This document shows positions 21,346 through 30,675 of a stretch of 64,000 nucleotides of DNA, in pieces. How positions within the stretch are numbered: position 1 is the first letter of the stretch; each line of letters opens with the position of its first letter. Source of the DNA: an uncultured Chloroflexia bacterium (GTDB taxonomy: Bacteria; Chloroflexota; Limnocylindria; Limnocylindrales; CSP1-4); the NCBI GenBank assembly GCA_963748625.1, contig CAVVJT010000010.1:288001-352000 (forward strand). Direction: 5' to 3'. A program made the position numbers and the translations under genes. Under the pieces are notes generated by a model. It was not told the origin of the DNA. It saw only the letters and a list, made by a program, of their open reading frames with translations, and made no database searches.

Positions 21346-21831
21346 CTACCCGGCGACCGGGTGGGCCAGCGCCGCGGAGATCGCGTCCGTCATGTCGTCG
21401 TTCACGCCGTGGTCGATGAGGCGCAGGTAGGCCTCCTCCTCGGCCAGGTGGACCTTGAGCAGCGCGTACAGCTGGAACAGGACGCGCCGGATCGCGAGCG
21501 TCTTGCCCAGGGTGAGGTGGTCGCCCGCCTGGTCCACGAGCCGTCCGAAGTCCTTCGAGAGGCTGCGGATCGCATCGTGCTCGCGGCGCATGGGCGCCAT
21601 CGAGTGGCGGTTCTGGAACATGCGCTCGAGCTCAGGGTAGAGCGCGCGCTCGGCGGCATCGACGTGGGGCACGAGCGTCCCGTCGAGGAACGAGCGCATC
21701 TCCTTCACGCCGGCGTCGATGGCCGCCTTGTCGCTCCCGAGGAGCGAGTCGGCGACGGCCGGAATGCGGTCCACATTGACGAGCAGGCGCTCGTGGTGCT
21801 CGTGCGCGACCTGGGGCAGGCTCTGGCTCAT
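21346..21831 (-). CDS. Hemerythrin-like (HHE) domain protein, last gene of the Hdr/Qmo-like operon
   Basis: EHHERL, PHVDAAERALY, MRREH, VHLAEEEAY; ATGA overlap with the QmoC-like gene. Confidence 0.9.
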   Translation of the reverse strand: MSQSLPQVAHEHHERLLVNVDRIPAVADSLLGSDKAAIDAGVKEMRSFLDGTLVPHVDAAERALYPELERMFQNRHSMAPMRREHDAIRSLSKDFGRLVDQAGDHLTLGKTLAIRRVLFQLYALLKVHLAEEEAYLRLIDHGVNDDMTDAISAALAHPVAG

Positions 21832-23044
21832 GACGAGACCTCCTTCCGGGAGAGGGCCACGAAGAACAGCGCCACGGGCCGGTACACGGCATGGGCGAGC
21901 TTCATGAACGGGGCGAGGAGCACCAGCTCCATCGCGGTGGCGACGTGGACCAGGAAGATCCAGTAGCCCCACATGGGCGCGCTGGGCAGGTACAGGGCGA
22001 GCTCGATGGCGAAGCCGGTCGCGGCCACCACCCAGAGGAGGGCCAGCAGCATCCAGTCGGCCACGGTCGAGGTCAGGACGGACCGGTTGGCGGCCCGGTA
22101 GCGGTCGATGATCAGCACGGTGGTGCCGTACAGGAGCACGGCGCCGGCGACGGTGCCCAACAGGCGGACCGGGTACCAGAGAGGCACCGGGGTGCCGGTC
22201 TCCTTGATCCCCAGCAGCGCCAGGCCGTAGTCCAGGCCGGTGGCCGCGAGCAGGCCCAGGAAGCCCCACACGACCATCATGTGCACGAGCGCACGACGGC
22301 GGTACCACGGGACTGCGAGCGAGGCTCGGGGTCGGCTGCGCACTCCTTGCGGAACACGGCCTGGCCGAGCGACTCGCGGCCGATCGAGGCCCACAGCGCG
22401 CTCCCCGTGCGTCCCAGGGCGGCCCGCGAGCCGAGGACGGACGACCACGTCACGCCCTCACGGCGGCCGATCGCGCGGGCCATGGACGCGACGCCCACGA
22501 GCCCCGCGAGCACCACGAGGATCATCACGACGATGCCCATGTTGTGGATGATCTCGGCCGGGATCCACTCGAAGATGGCGAGGGTCTCGCCGTCCATGGG
22601 TCCGCGGGCCGCATACATGAACGCCGCGAAGAACAGCGCGAGAACCACGGCGATGATCGTGGCCACGATGGGCTGGGTGTACATCGCCCGGGCGAGCCGG
22701 GTCTTGTCGTACTGCCCGATCGCGTAGCGGCGCGTGGCCGCCATGAACTCGGACGGGTCGGCCTTGGTGGGGCAGGACTCGGAGCACTCGCCGCACTGGT
22801 AGCAGGCCCAGAGCTCCTTGGAACCCAGCAGCGCGTCCTTCATGCCCACCTGGGCGTAGCGGATGATGCGGCGCGGGAACGTCCCGTCGGTCTGCGCGAG
22901 CGGGCACGTGGCGGTGCAGGTGCCGCACGAGAAGCAGGCCGACACGTCGGCCGCGCCGTACTTGAGGATCTCCGGGTAGAGACCCATGTCCACGGGTGTG
23001 GCAGTGGTCGCCGGGGCGCCGGCGGGAGCAGTGGTCGCGGTCAT
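21828..23044 (-). CDS. QmoC-like protein: HdrC-type 2x[4Fe-4S] domain plus cytochrome-b-like membrane domain (frameshift at ~22320)
   Basis: CFSCGTCTATCP, FPRR, WACYQCGECSESCP; TM helices with His (IIHN, LVHMM, LVHV, PFMKLAHAVYRP). Confidence 0.82.
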
Positions 23045-23289
23045 CAGGACACCCGCCCGGTGGGCTCGTACTGGAAGTAGCCGTCGGCGTCGGAGCCCTT
23101 GATCTCGGCCAGCCACCCGTAGCGGCGCAGGCCCATGACCCAGAACACGGTCTCGTGGGTGGGGGCGCCGATGGCCTCGGCGATCTGGGGGACGGTCAGC
23201 GGGCCGCCGGCGAGGGCGGCGAGGATCCGGGGGCGCATGACGGGCTCCTCCCGGATCACCTCGCGGGGATCACGGTTGAGGGTGGACAT
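23044..23289 (-). CDS. Small winged-helix protein within the Hdr-like operon
   Basis: RILAALAGGPLTVPQIAEAIG...LRRYG...GYFQY; overlaps both neighbours. Confidence 0.75.
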   Translation of the reverse strand: MSTLNRDPREVIREEPVMRPRILAALAGGPLTVPQIAEAIGAPTHETVFWVMGLRRYGWLAEIKGSDADGYFQYEPTGRVS

Positions 23290-25061
23290 CAGACGGGCAC
23301 CTCAGCCAGGCTCTCGATCATCGCGGTGACTTGGGCGTCGGTGTAGCCCAGGAGGTCGATGGCGTTCTCGGGACAGATGGGGATGCAGCCTCCGCAGCCC
23401 TTGCAGCTGGTGGGGCTGATGACCGCGAAGTGGCGGTCCCCCTCCTCGGCCATGGAGATCGCGTCGTACGGGCAGGCCGTGAGGCAGTCGCCGCAGGCCG
23501 TGCACGTGTCGGGTTCCACGATCGCGACCAGCGGGTCGAGCTCCGTGAAGCCCTTCTTGAGGATCGCCGCACTCTGGGTGACCGCGGCCAGCGCCTGGAT
23601 CACCGACTCGGACGAGGTCTTGGGGCCCTGGCAGGCGCCGGCGATGAGCACGCCGTCCACCACGGTCTCCACGGGCCGGAGCTTCGGATGGATCTCGTTG
23701 AAGAACCCGTCGGCGCCCTTCGGCAGCTTGAGCACGTCGATCAGTGGCTGGTTCTCGCGCGGGACCATGCCCGTCACGAGCACCACCAGGTCCACCGGGA
23801 TCGCGAGCTCGGTACGCTCGGTGAGGAGGTCGCGGACGGTGACGGTCAGCCCGCCGCCGGCCCGCTCGGCCACCACCGGCGGCTCGTCGTTGTCGAACTT
23901 GAGGAAGACGGAGCCGAGATCGCGCGCCTCGGTGTAGAGCGGCTCGAACTTGCCGTACGTGCGCATGTCCCGGTAGAGGTGGAACTGGCGGATGGACGCG
24001 TCCAGCCCGGCGACCTGCACGGCCGTCTGCACGGTGGACGCACAGCAGAACCGCGCGCAGTACCCGTTGGAGCAGCCGGCGGTGTTGCGGCTGCCGACGC
24101 AGTACACGTAGGCCACGCTCCGGACCGGTCTCCCCTCCCAGGCCAGGCGGCCGCCGGCCGCGCCGTCCACGAGGCTCTTGAACTGCGACAGGCTGACGAC
24201 GCCGGGAAGGCCGAAGCCCAGCTCGCCGTCCCCGGGGGTGTACTCGTCGAAGCCCGTGGCCACGATGACCGAGCCGACGGCCACCTCGATGGTGCCCGCG
24301 CCCTCGCCGCCCACGCGGACGGTCATCCGGTAGTTGCCGAACGAGCCGGCCTTGCCCACGACCTCGGCGCCGGTGAGCACCGTGATCGACGGTCGGGCCT
24401 TCACCTTGGCCACGAGGTCGGCGATGAGCTCGCGCCCCTGGCGCCCCTGGGGGTACATGGTGCCGAAGTCACGGACCCAGCCCCCGAGCACCAGCTCGCG
24501 CTCGACCAGGGTGACCGCGAGGCCGATGTCGGCGAGGCCGACCGCGGCCCGGAGGCCCGCGATGCCGCCGCCGATGACCAGGGTGTGCGGGATCGTGTCC
24601 ACGACCATCGGGTCGAGCGGCACGGTGTTGCGCGTGCGCCCGATCCCCGCCTTGACGAGGGCGGTCGCCTTGGCCGTGGCTCCCTCGTGGTCGTCGGTGT
24701 GGACCCACGAGCACTGCTCGCGGATGTTGACCTGGGTGTACTCGTAGGGGTTCAGGCCGGCCCGCGCCGCCACGCCGCGGAACGTGTAGGTGTGGAGCTT
24801 GGGCGAGCACGAGGCGACGACGAGACCGTCGAGACCCTGGGCCCGGATGTCGGCCTCGATCTCCTGCTGGGAGGCGTCGGAGCAGGCGAACATCGTGGTC
24901 TTCGACACGACGACGTCGCCCGAGTCCCGGATGTCCTCGATGACCTTCTCGACATCGACGTAGTCGCTGATGTTGCCGCCGCAGTGGCACACGTACACGC
25001 CGATCCGGCGCTGTCCGTCCTCGCCCGCCTCGTCGACGGGGGTGAGGGTCACGTCGCTCAT
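23289..25061 (-). CDS. Heterodisulfide reductase subunit A-family flavoprotein (HdrA/QmoB-like)
   Basis: RIGVYVCHCGGNI, ASCSP, NIREQCSWVH, GGGIAG, CVGSR, YCARFCC, HPKLRP, GACQGPK, C-terminal 2x[4Fe-4S]. Confidence 0.93.
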   Translation of the reverse strand: MSDVTLTPVDEAGEDGQRRIGVYVCHCGGNISDYVDVEKVIEDIRDSGDVVVSKTTMFACSDASQQEIEADIRAQGLDGLVVASCSPKLHTYTFRGVAARAGLNPYEYTQVNIREQCSWVHTDDHEGATAKATALVKAGIGRTRNTVPLDPMVVDTIPHTLVIGGGIAGLRAAVGLADIGLAVTLVERELVLGGWVRDFGTMYPQGRQGRELIADLVAKVKARPSITVLTGAEVVGKAGSFGNYRMTVRVGGEGAGTIEVAVGSVIVATGFDEYTPGDGELGFGLPGVVSLSQFKSLVDGAAGGRLAWEGRPVRSVAYVYCVGSRNTAGCSNGYCARFCCASTVQTAVQVAGLDASIRQFHLYRDMRTYGKFEPLYTEARDLGSVFLKFDNDEPPVVAERAGGGLTVTVRDLLTERTELAIPVDLVVLVTGMVPRENQPLIDVLKLPKGADGFFNEIHPKLRPVETVVDGVLIAGACQGPKTSSESVIQALAAVTQSAAILKKGFTELDPLVAIVEPDTCTACGDCLTACPYDAISMAEEGDRHFAVISPTSCKGCGGCIPICPENAIDLLGYTDAQVTAMIESLAEVPV

Positions 25062-27847
25062 GCCGGCACCATCACGATCTGGGGCAGTGCGGTCTTCGTG
25101 CGCTCGAGGTGCGCGGCGACCTGGGAGGCCGCGGCGCCCGCGTGGACGATGGAGTCCGCGATGTCCTTGGCGCCCGACGCGGCACCAGCCACGAAGACGC
25201 CAGGGATGCTCGTCGCACCCGGGTTGACGTCCTCCTCTGGTTCCGCGACGTACTGCCACTCGTCCACGGCGAGCTCGCCCACGTTGAACAGGCGCTCCGC
25301 GTCATGGTTGGGCTGGACACCGACTGCGAGCACGACCAGGTCGTACTCGGCCTTGGTGACCGCCCCGCTGTTCTCGATGTCCTCGTAGGTGAGGACAAGG
25401 TCACCGTTCGGCTGCTCGGTGACAGCCGCGACACGACCCTTGATGTAGGTGGCGCCCATGGCCTTGGCCTGCTCGTAGAACTCGTCGTACCGCTTGCCTG
25501 GGGCCCGGATGTCCATGTAATGGACGGTGATCTCGGCCACGGGCAGGGCGCCCATGAGCAGCTGGTTCTGCTTGATGGAGTACATGCAGCAGAACCGCGA
25601 GCAGAGCGGGTTGCCCACCTGCTCGTCACGGGAGCCCGTGCACAGGATGTACGCGATCCGGTCCGGGACCTTGCCGTCCCCGGGGCGCAGGATCGTGTTG
25701 AACGGCCGCGTCGGCGCCAGGAGGCGGTCCATCTGCATGCCGGTGATGACGTTCTTGTAGGCGCCGTAGCCGTACTCGGGCTTGAGGTCGGCCGGGAAGA
25801 GCTTGAAGCCGGTGGACACCACGACCGAGCCCACCCGCAACTGGAGCTGCTCATCGCGGGCGCGGAGGTCGATGCAGCCGTCCACGGGACACGCGTGCAC
25901 GCACTCGTTGCACTCCGCGCACGTGGCGCAGTCGATGCAGCGGCCGGATGAGCGCCGGGCCTCCGCCTCCGTGAGCGGCGCCTCGATCTCGTGGAAGTCC
26001 GCGGGGTCCGGCTGGAGATCCATGCCGTCGGGCGTGGGCGCCGTGAAGGCGTACGAGGTCTGGCGCGCCAGCACCTGGGCCTTGTCCACCACCGGCAGGC
26101 GGTCGTCCCAGTCGCCGAACTCCCGGCCGTTGAGCCAGGCGTCGATCTGGTGGGCGGCCTTGCGCCCCTCCCCCACCGCCCGGGTGATGTCGGTGGGGCC
26201 GTTGACAGCGTCGCCGGCGGCGAACACGTGCGCGGCAGCGGTCTGGCAGGTCGCCTTGTCGGCGTCGAGCCGGCCGTTCTTGAGGACGGCCATCCGGCTG
26301 CCGAACATGCTGGTGTCGGCGGTCATGCCGATCGCGGCGATGATCACGTCGGCATCCAGGGTGGCGAACTTGCCGGGGACCGGGATCGCCTGGCGACGGC
26401 CCGATGCGTCGGGGTCGCTCAGCTGCATCTCGGCACAGCGCAGGCCCGCGACGGAGCCGTCTGCCTTGCCCATGACCTCGACCGGGGCGACGAGGAGGCG
26501 GAAGCGCACGCCCTCCTTCTCCGCATCGACCGACTCGACATGGTGGGCGGGCATCTCGGCCCGGGTCCGGCGGTAGGCCACGGTGACCGATGCAGCGCCC
26601 AGCCGCCGGGCGACCCGGGCGGCGTCCATCGCGACGTTGCCGCCACCCACGACGATGACCCGCTTGCCGGCCAGGTCCATCTGCTCGCCGAGGTTGACCT
26701 TGCGCAGGAACCCCGTGGCGCCCATCACGCCCAGGCGGTCCTCGCCCGGGACGCCCAGCGCGCTGTCGCGATGGGTGCCGGTGGCGACCAGGACCGCGTC
26801 GAAGCCATCGTCCTTGAGGGCGGCCGGATCGTCCACGCGGGTGCTGGTGACGATCTCGACGCCCAGGCCGGTCACGTTCTCGATGTCCCGCTCGACGACG
26901 GCGTCGGGCAGGCGGTAGGACGGGATGCCCAGGCGCAGGAACCCGCCCGCGACCGGTGCCGCCTCATGGACCTTGACCGCGTAGCCGAGCTTCGCGAGCT
27001 GCCAGGCAGCGGTGAGGCCGGTGGGCCCGGAGCCGACGATCGCGACGCGCTTGCCATTGGCGGCCGGGCGCTCGACGCCGTTGTCCGCGCCGGAGGCGTC
27101 GTGCTGGTCCGACGCGAAGCGCTTGATGCGCCGGATGGGCAGCGTGCCCTCGACCGAGCCGCGCGTGCACTCGCCCTCACAGGGGGCGTAGCAGGCGCGC
27201 CCGAGCGTGCCGACCAGCGGCGTCGCCTCGAGGACCAGCCGGAAGGCCTCCTCGTCGAGGCCGCTGCGGACCAGGCTCACGTAGCCGTGGGCGTTGATGC
27301 CGGCCGGGCAGGCGAACGAGCAGGGAGAGCTGCCCTGGCGGTCGATGACCGCCTTCTTCGGGACGGCCTGGGGGAACGTGATGTGGGCCGCGCGCCGGGC
27401 GACCAGGTCCGCATTGAACTGGTCGGGCACCGCGACCGTGCAGGCGGTCTCGCACTTCTGGCAGCCGGTGCACGAGTCGATGTCCACGAACCGCGCCTGC
27501 TTGGTCACAGTCGCGGTGAAGGTCCCGTCAGCCAGGGTCTTGATCTGGTCCACGTGGCTGTACGTGAGCGGCGTGATGTTCGGGTGGTGGATCGAGGACG
27601 CCATCTTGGGCGTCGAGATGCAGGAAGCGCAGTCAAGCGTGGGGAAGACCTTGGACAGCAGGATCATCTTCCCGCCGACGCTGGCCTCCTTCTCCACCAG
27701 CAGGACCTTGTAGCCCATGTCGCCGAGCTTGAGGGCGGATTCCATGCCGCCGATGCCGGCCCCGACCACGAGCACGTCGTAGTCGAGCGCGGCGGGAGCC
27801 TCGGGCAGGGTCGCGCAGGTGGCGATCGGATCGAGCGTGTCGGTCAT
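25058..27847 (-). CDS. HdrA-family protein with inserted GltD-like NAD(P)H oxidoreductase module (HdrL-like)
   Basis: GAGIGG, KVFPTLDCASC, CTGCQKCETAC; insert PCSFACP...GRACYAPCEGEC, GSGPTG, GGGNVAMD..YRR; then CTGSRD, CSRFCCMYS, GAKDI. Confidence 0.92.
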   Translation of the reverse strand: MTDTLDPIATCATLPEAPAALDYDVLVVGAGIGGMESALKLGDMGYKVLLVEKEASVGGKMILLSKVFPTLDCASCISTPKMASSIHHPNITPLTYSHVDQIKTLADGTFTATVTKQARFVDIDSCTGCQKCETACTVAVPDQFNADLVARRAAHITFPQAVPKKAVIDRQGSSPCSFACPAGINAHGYVSLVRSGLDEEAFRLVLEATPLVGTLGRACYAPCEGECTRGSVEGTLPIRRIKRFASDQHDASGADNGVERPAANGKRVAIVGSGPTGLTAAWQLAKLGYAVKVHEAAPVAGGFLRLGIPSYRLPDAVVERDIENVTGLGVEIVTSTRVDDPAALKDDGFDAVLVATGTHRDSALGVPGEDRLGVMGATGFLRKVNLGEQMDLAGKRVIVVGGGNVAMDAARVARRLGAASVTVAYRRTRAEMPAHHVESVDAEKEGVRFRLLVAPVEVMGKADGSVAGLRCAEMQLSDPDASGRRQAIPVPGKFATLDADVIIAAIGMTADTSMFGSRMAVLKNGRLDADKATCQTAAAHVFAAGDAVNGPTDITRAVGEGRKAAHQIDAWLNGREFGDWDDRLPVVDKAQVLARQTSYAFTAPTPDGMDLQPDPADFHEIEAPLTEAEARRSSGRCIDCATCAECNECVHACPVDGCIDLRARDEQLQLRVGSVVVSTGFKLFPADLKPEYGYGAYKNVITGMQMDRLLAPTRPFNTILRPGDGKVPDRIAYILCTGSRDEQVGNPLCSRFCCMYSIKQNQLLMGALPVAEITVHYMDIRAPGKRYDEFYEQAKAMGATYIKGRVAAVTEQPNGDLVLTYEDIENSGAVTKAEYDLVVLAVGVQPNHDAERLFNVGELAVDEWQYVAEPEEDVNPGATSIPGVFVAGAASGAKDIADSIVHAGAAASQVAAHLERTKTALPQIVMVPA

Positions 27848-28320
27848 GCCTGGGGCTCCTGGACGTCCTTGGGCTTCGCCGGGCCCATCGCGACCAGCGC
27901 CGCGGAGAAGGTGTTCATGTGCTTGGTGAAGGGTTCGGCGCAGACCGAGCAGATCGCCGCGACCCGGACTCGGCTCGCGTCCATCCCGCGCTCCTTGAGC
28001 GCCTTCTGGGCCGTCTGGACGACCTTGTTCGACCGCTTCGCGCAGTCGTGGAGGTAGGAGCACTCCTCGCCGTCGGTGGCGACGAACACACCATCGAACC
28101 CGGAGTCGAGCGCATGCAGGATCCAGGACGGGCGGATGCCGCTCGTGCACGGGAGCCCGATGACGTTCACGCCGGGCGAGTAGTGGAAGTGCGCCGACCC
28201 GGCCAGGTCGATGCCGGGATCGGAGATGGTGTTCGTCGAGAACACGAGGATCCGCGGGACGAAGGTCCCGGCGGAGCCTGCCGGCTCGGCGGCGACGGGT
28301 GCGGTCATCGGTGCGCTCAC
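27844..28320 (-). CDS. MvhD/FlpD-family iron-sulfur subunit (variant)
   Basis: GIDLAG...Y, LPCTS, GFDGVFV, ECSY...C, RVRVAAICSVCAEPF. Confidence 0.85.
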   Translation of the reverse strand: MSAPMTAPVAAEPAGSAGTFVPRILVFSTNTISDPGIDLAGSAHFHYSPGVNVIGLPCTSGIRPSWILHALDSGFDGVFVATDGEECSYLHDCAKRSNKVVQTAQKALKERGMDASRVRVAAICSVCAEPFTKHMNTFSAALVAMGPAKPKDVQEPQA

Positions 28321-28392
28321 TGGTGGTGGGAGGGGGCCATCGCGACGCTCCCCGAGGAGGGCGCCGCGACGGCCCGAGGGATGGATTCCGGG

Positions 28393-28653
28393 TTACTTGC
28401 CCTTGACCACGAAGACGCGGTCGTAGCCGTCGGACTCGAGGACGCCCAGGAAGTTGTGGCCGACCTTGGCGGACCAGGCGCTGATGTCGGCCTTGGTGCC
28501 CGGGTCCGTGGACCAGATCTCGATGGTGGTGCCGACCGGGACGCCGGCCATGCCCTTCTTGGCCTCGAGGAGGGGGCCGGGGCAGGCGGTGCCGCGGGCG
28601 TCCACGATGGTGGCGTCGGCGATGGTCTCGAGCTCTTCGATGGTTGCGGTCAT
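28393..28653 (-). CDS. tusA: TusA-family sulfur carrier
   Basis: VDARGTACPGPLLEAKK, STDPGTKADISAW. Confidence 0.9.
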   Translation of the reverse strand: MTATIEELETIADATIVDARGTACPGPLLEAKKGMAGVPVGTTIEIWSTDPGTKADISAWSAKVGHNFLGVLESDGYDRVFVVKGK

Positions 28654-28704
28654 GGGATCGGTTCCTCCAGGGAAGTCAGGGTGTGATTGGCTGCGGTGCA
28701 CGCA

Positions 28705-29112
28705 CTAGATGAAGACGAGCTGGCCCTCTTCGGCGAGCATCAGGAAGGTGGCGATGCCCCCCTCCGAGTCGATGATGGGATCCAGCTCGGAGAGCGGGAT
28801 CCCCAAGACGTCCATCGAGCCGGTGCAGGCGAGGATGCGCACCTCGCCCAGCTCCTTGGCCATCCGGAGCGACTCGAGCCAGTTGATGGACCGGGTGCCG
28901 CCGACGGGGCGGTTGGTGCCGACCACGGTGGCATCCCATGCGAGTCCCAGGTCCTGCTCGATCCGCTCGGTCCGGAACGCGTCGAGGGCCCAGTACTGGA
29001 CCAGGATGTTGACCGGCCGGTCCATGGCGGCAGCTCCGGCCGCGAGTGTCGCGGCCGCGTGCAGCTTGTCCGCGGTACCGGAGAACAGGACCATGTTGAG
29101 GGTGTCGCTCAT
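28705..29112 (-). CDS. DsrE/DsrF-like sulfurtransferase
   Basis: MVLFSGTADKL...GAAAM, AKELGEVRILACTGSMDVLG, GGIATFL...LVFI. Confidence 0.87.
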   Translation of the reverse strand: MSDTLNMVLFSGTADKLHAAATLAAGAAAMDRPVNILVQYWALDAFRTERIEQDLGLAWDATVVGTNRPVGGTRSINWLESLRMAKELGEVRILACTGSMDVLGIPLSELDPIIDSEGGIATFLMLAEEGQLVFI

Positions 29113-29537
29113 CGAGGGGTCACCTGATTGGCGCCGGTGACAGCCGGCATCGGGGTGGTAGGGATGGGGGTTCCCAGCGGGGTGGTGAACCCGGGTGCTT
29201 CGCGGTCACCGGCGGCCGCGGCCAGGCTGCCCATGGCGGAGAGCCTCCGGACGATCACGTCCCGCATCAGCGCGCAGGCCGCGAGGATCTCGGGGTCGGC
29301 CAGCCGGTAGCGGATCGCGCGGCCGTCCCTCGTGGCGTCCACGAGGCCTGCGGCCCGCATCGCGGCCAGGTTCTGGGACACGGCCGCCTGCGGCAGGTCG
29401 AGTGCGGCGCACAGCTCGCGGACCTCCATCGGCCGCACGCCCAGCAGGTGGACCATGCGCAGCCTGTGGCGTCCGGCGAGCGCGCGGATCAGCTCGATCT
29501 GGATGCGGTCGATCTCGGCGGTCGCGTCGTCATACAT
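29109..29537 (-). CDS. ArsR/SmtB-family transcriptional regulator
   Basis: RLRMVHLL...VRELC...VSQNLAAMRAAGLV..TRDGRAIRYRL; Cys in RELC and AACAL. Confidence 0.9.
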   Translation of the reverse strand: MYDDATAEIDRIQIELIRALAGRHRLRMVHLLGVRPMEVRELCAALDLPQAAVSQNLAAMRAAGLVDATRDGRAIRYRLADPEILAACALMRDVIVRRLSAMGSLAAAAGDREAPGFTTPLGTPIPTTPMPAVTGANQVTPR

Positions 29538-29549
29538 GATGTGACTATG

Positions 29550-29568
29550 TATATGCGTTTAGCATATA
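29550..29568. promoter_or_regulatory. Putative ArsR operator overlapping the promoter
   Basis: Perfect 7-5-7 inverted repeat TATATGC-GTTTA-GCATATA in an AT-rich island, 12 bp from the ArsR start codon. Confidence 0.7.
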
Positions 29569-29878
29569 TAAGGCGTGCGACAGTTGTCACGAGATTCGGG
29601 TGCCGTTGGGGGCGGGAAAGAGCGGGACCTTCGTCCCGGGCCAGGGGCCGGGAGCCCGCGGCGCCGAGCGCGGGGTCCACAGGTCTGGTGGGCCCTGGTG
29701 GGGGGCGGCCGGGCTCTGCGAGTGCGCGGTCGGGCGCCCGTGGGGCGACCCGGCCCCCGCGTGCAAGCGGACCGGCGCGCGTGGGGCGACCCGGTCCACG
29801 TATCGCGCAGTCCGGCCCCCTTCTCGCGCGGTCCGGCCCCCGTTACGCGCAGTCCGGCCGACGGTTCGCCCATTCCAG

Positions 29879-29985
29879 CCCACGTGGGGGGCGAATCCGG
29901 ACGGCTCACGCACGAACTGCGGGCCAAACCCCGACATTCGCACCCGCGGCACGCTCGGCGCGGCACGAAACGCCCCCCACGTGGG
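29879..29985. repeat. Dispersed 107-bp element, family A, copy 1
   Basis: CCCACGTGGG at both ends; CACGTG cores at 29881 and 29978 (97 bp apart). Confidence 0.8.
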
Positions 29986-30054
29986 CCAAGGCGCATCGGT
30001 GGGCGGATCAGGCGACGCGCGACAGGCCCCTGCGGGCGTGGACGTCTCCGGATG

Positions 30055-30675
30055 TCAGCGGGCGCTCCTGCATGCGACCAGCACCGCATCGACAGGCACC
30101 CGCTCCCCCGCCCCGGCGTCGCCTCGCCGGACGGTGTCCTGCCGGGCAACGTCGAACCCGGCAGGCAGCGCCGCGGCGATCTCGGCCGCGGTGAACAGGA
30201 CGTCAGGATCCTGCGGACCGCCCACGCCATCGGTCAGATTGGTCCGATCGTGGCCCACCACGAGCAGCGTGCCGCCGGGGGCAACTGCGGCGGCGGCAGC
30301 CGCATACACCGCGTCACGCTCGGTCGCGGGCAGGTGGATGAACATCAGCAGGACGAGGTCGAAGGCGACGGCGGGTGGCGCCCAGGTGAGCAGGTCGGCC
30401 TGGACCCAGTCGACGGTGAGGCCGTGAGCCTCCGCTCGCGTCGCCGCTCGAGCAAGTCCGACGGCGGAGAAGTCCACCCCGGTCGCCGTCCAGCCGGCCG
30501 ATGCAAGCCAGGTGGCGTTGCGGCCATCCCCGCAGCCGAGGTCGAGGGCGGTCCCCGGCACGAGGCCTGCCGCCACCTCGACGAGCGTGGGATCAGGGGC
30601 ATGGTCCTCGATGGGATCGCGCGCGCCATGGCGCTCGTCCCAGAGCTCCTGGCGGGTGCGCGGAACCTCGCTCAC
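30055..30675 (-). CDS. Class I SAM-dependent methyltransferase
   Basis: WDERH, ALDLGCGDGRNA, GVDFS, FDLV, APGGTLLVVGH. Confidence 0.9.
   Translation of the reverse strand: MSEVPRTRQELWDERHGARDPIEDHAPDPTLVEVAAGLVPGTALDLGCGDGRNATWLASAGWTATGVDFSAVGLARAATRAEAHGLTVDWVQADLLTWAPPAVAFDLVLLMFIHLPATERDAVYAAAAAAVAPGGTLLVVGHDRTNLTDGVGGPQDPDVLFTAAEIAAALPAGFDVARQDTVRRGDAGAGERVPVDAVLVACRSAR

Noticed and set aside
21828-28320. Evidence of dissimilatory sulfate reduction or methanogenesis
   Set aside because: No aprAB, sat, dsrAB, hdrB or mcr here; HdrA-family genes alone do not establish these pathways.
23289-28320. Selenocysteine in HdrA/MvhD
   Set aside because: No in-frame TGA at Cys positions; the ORFs are open.
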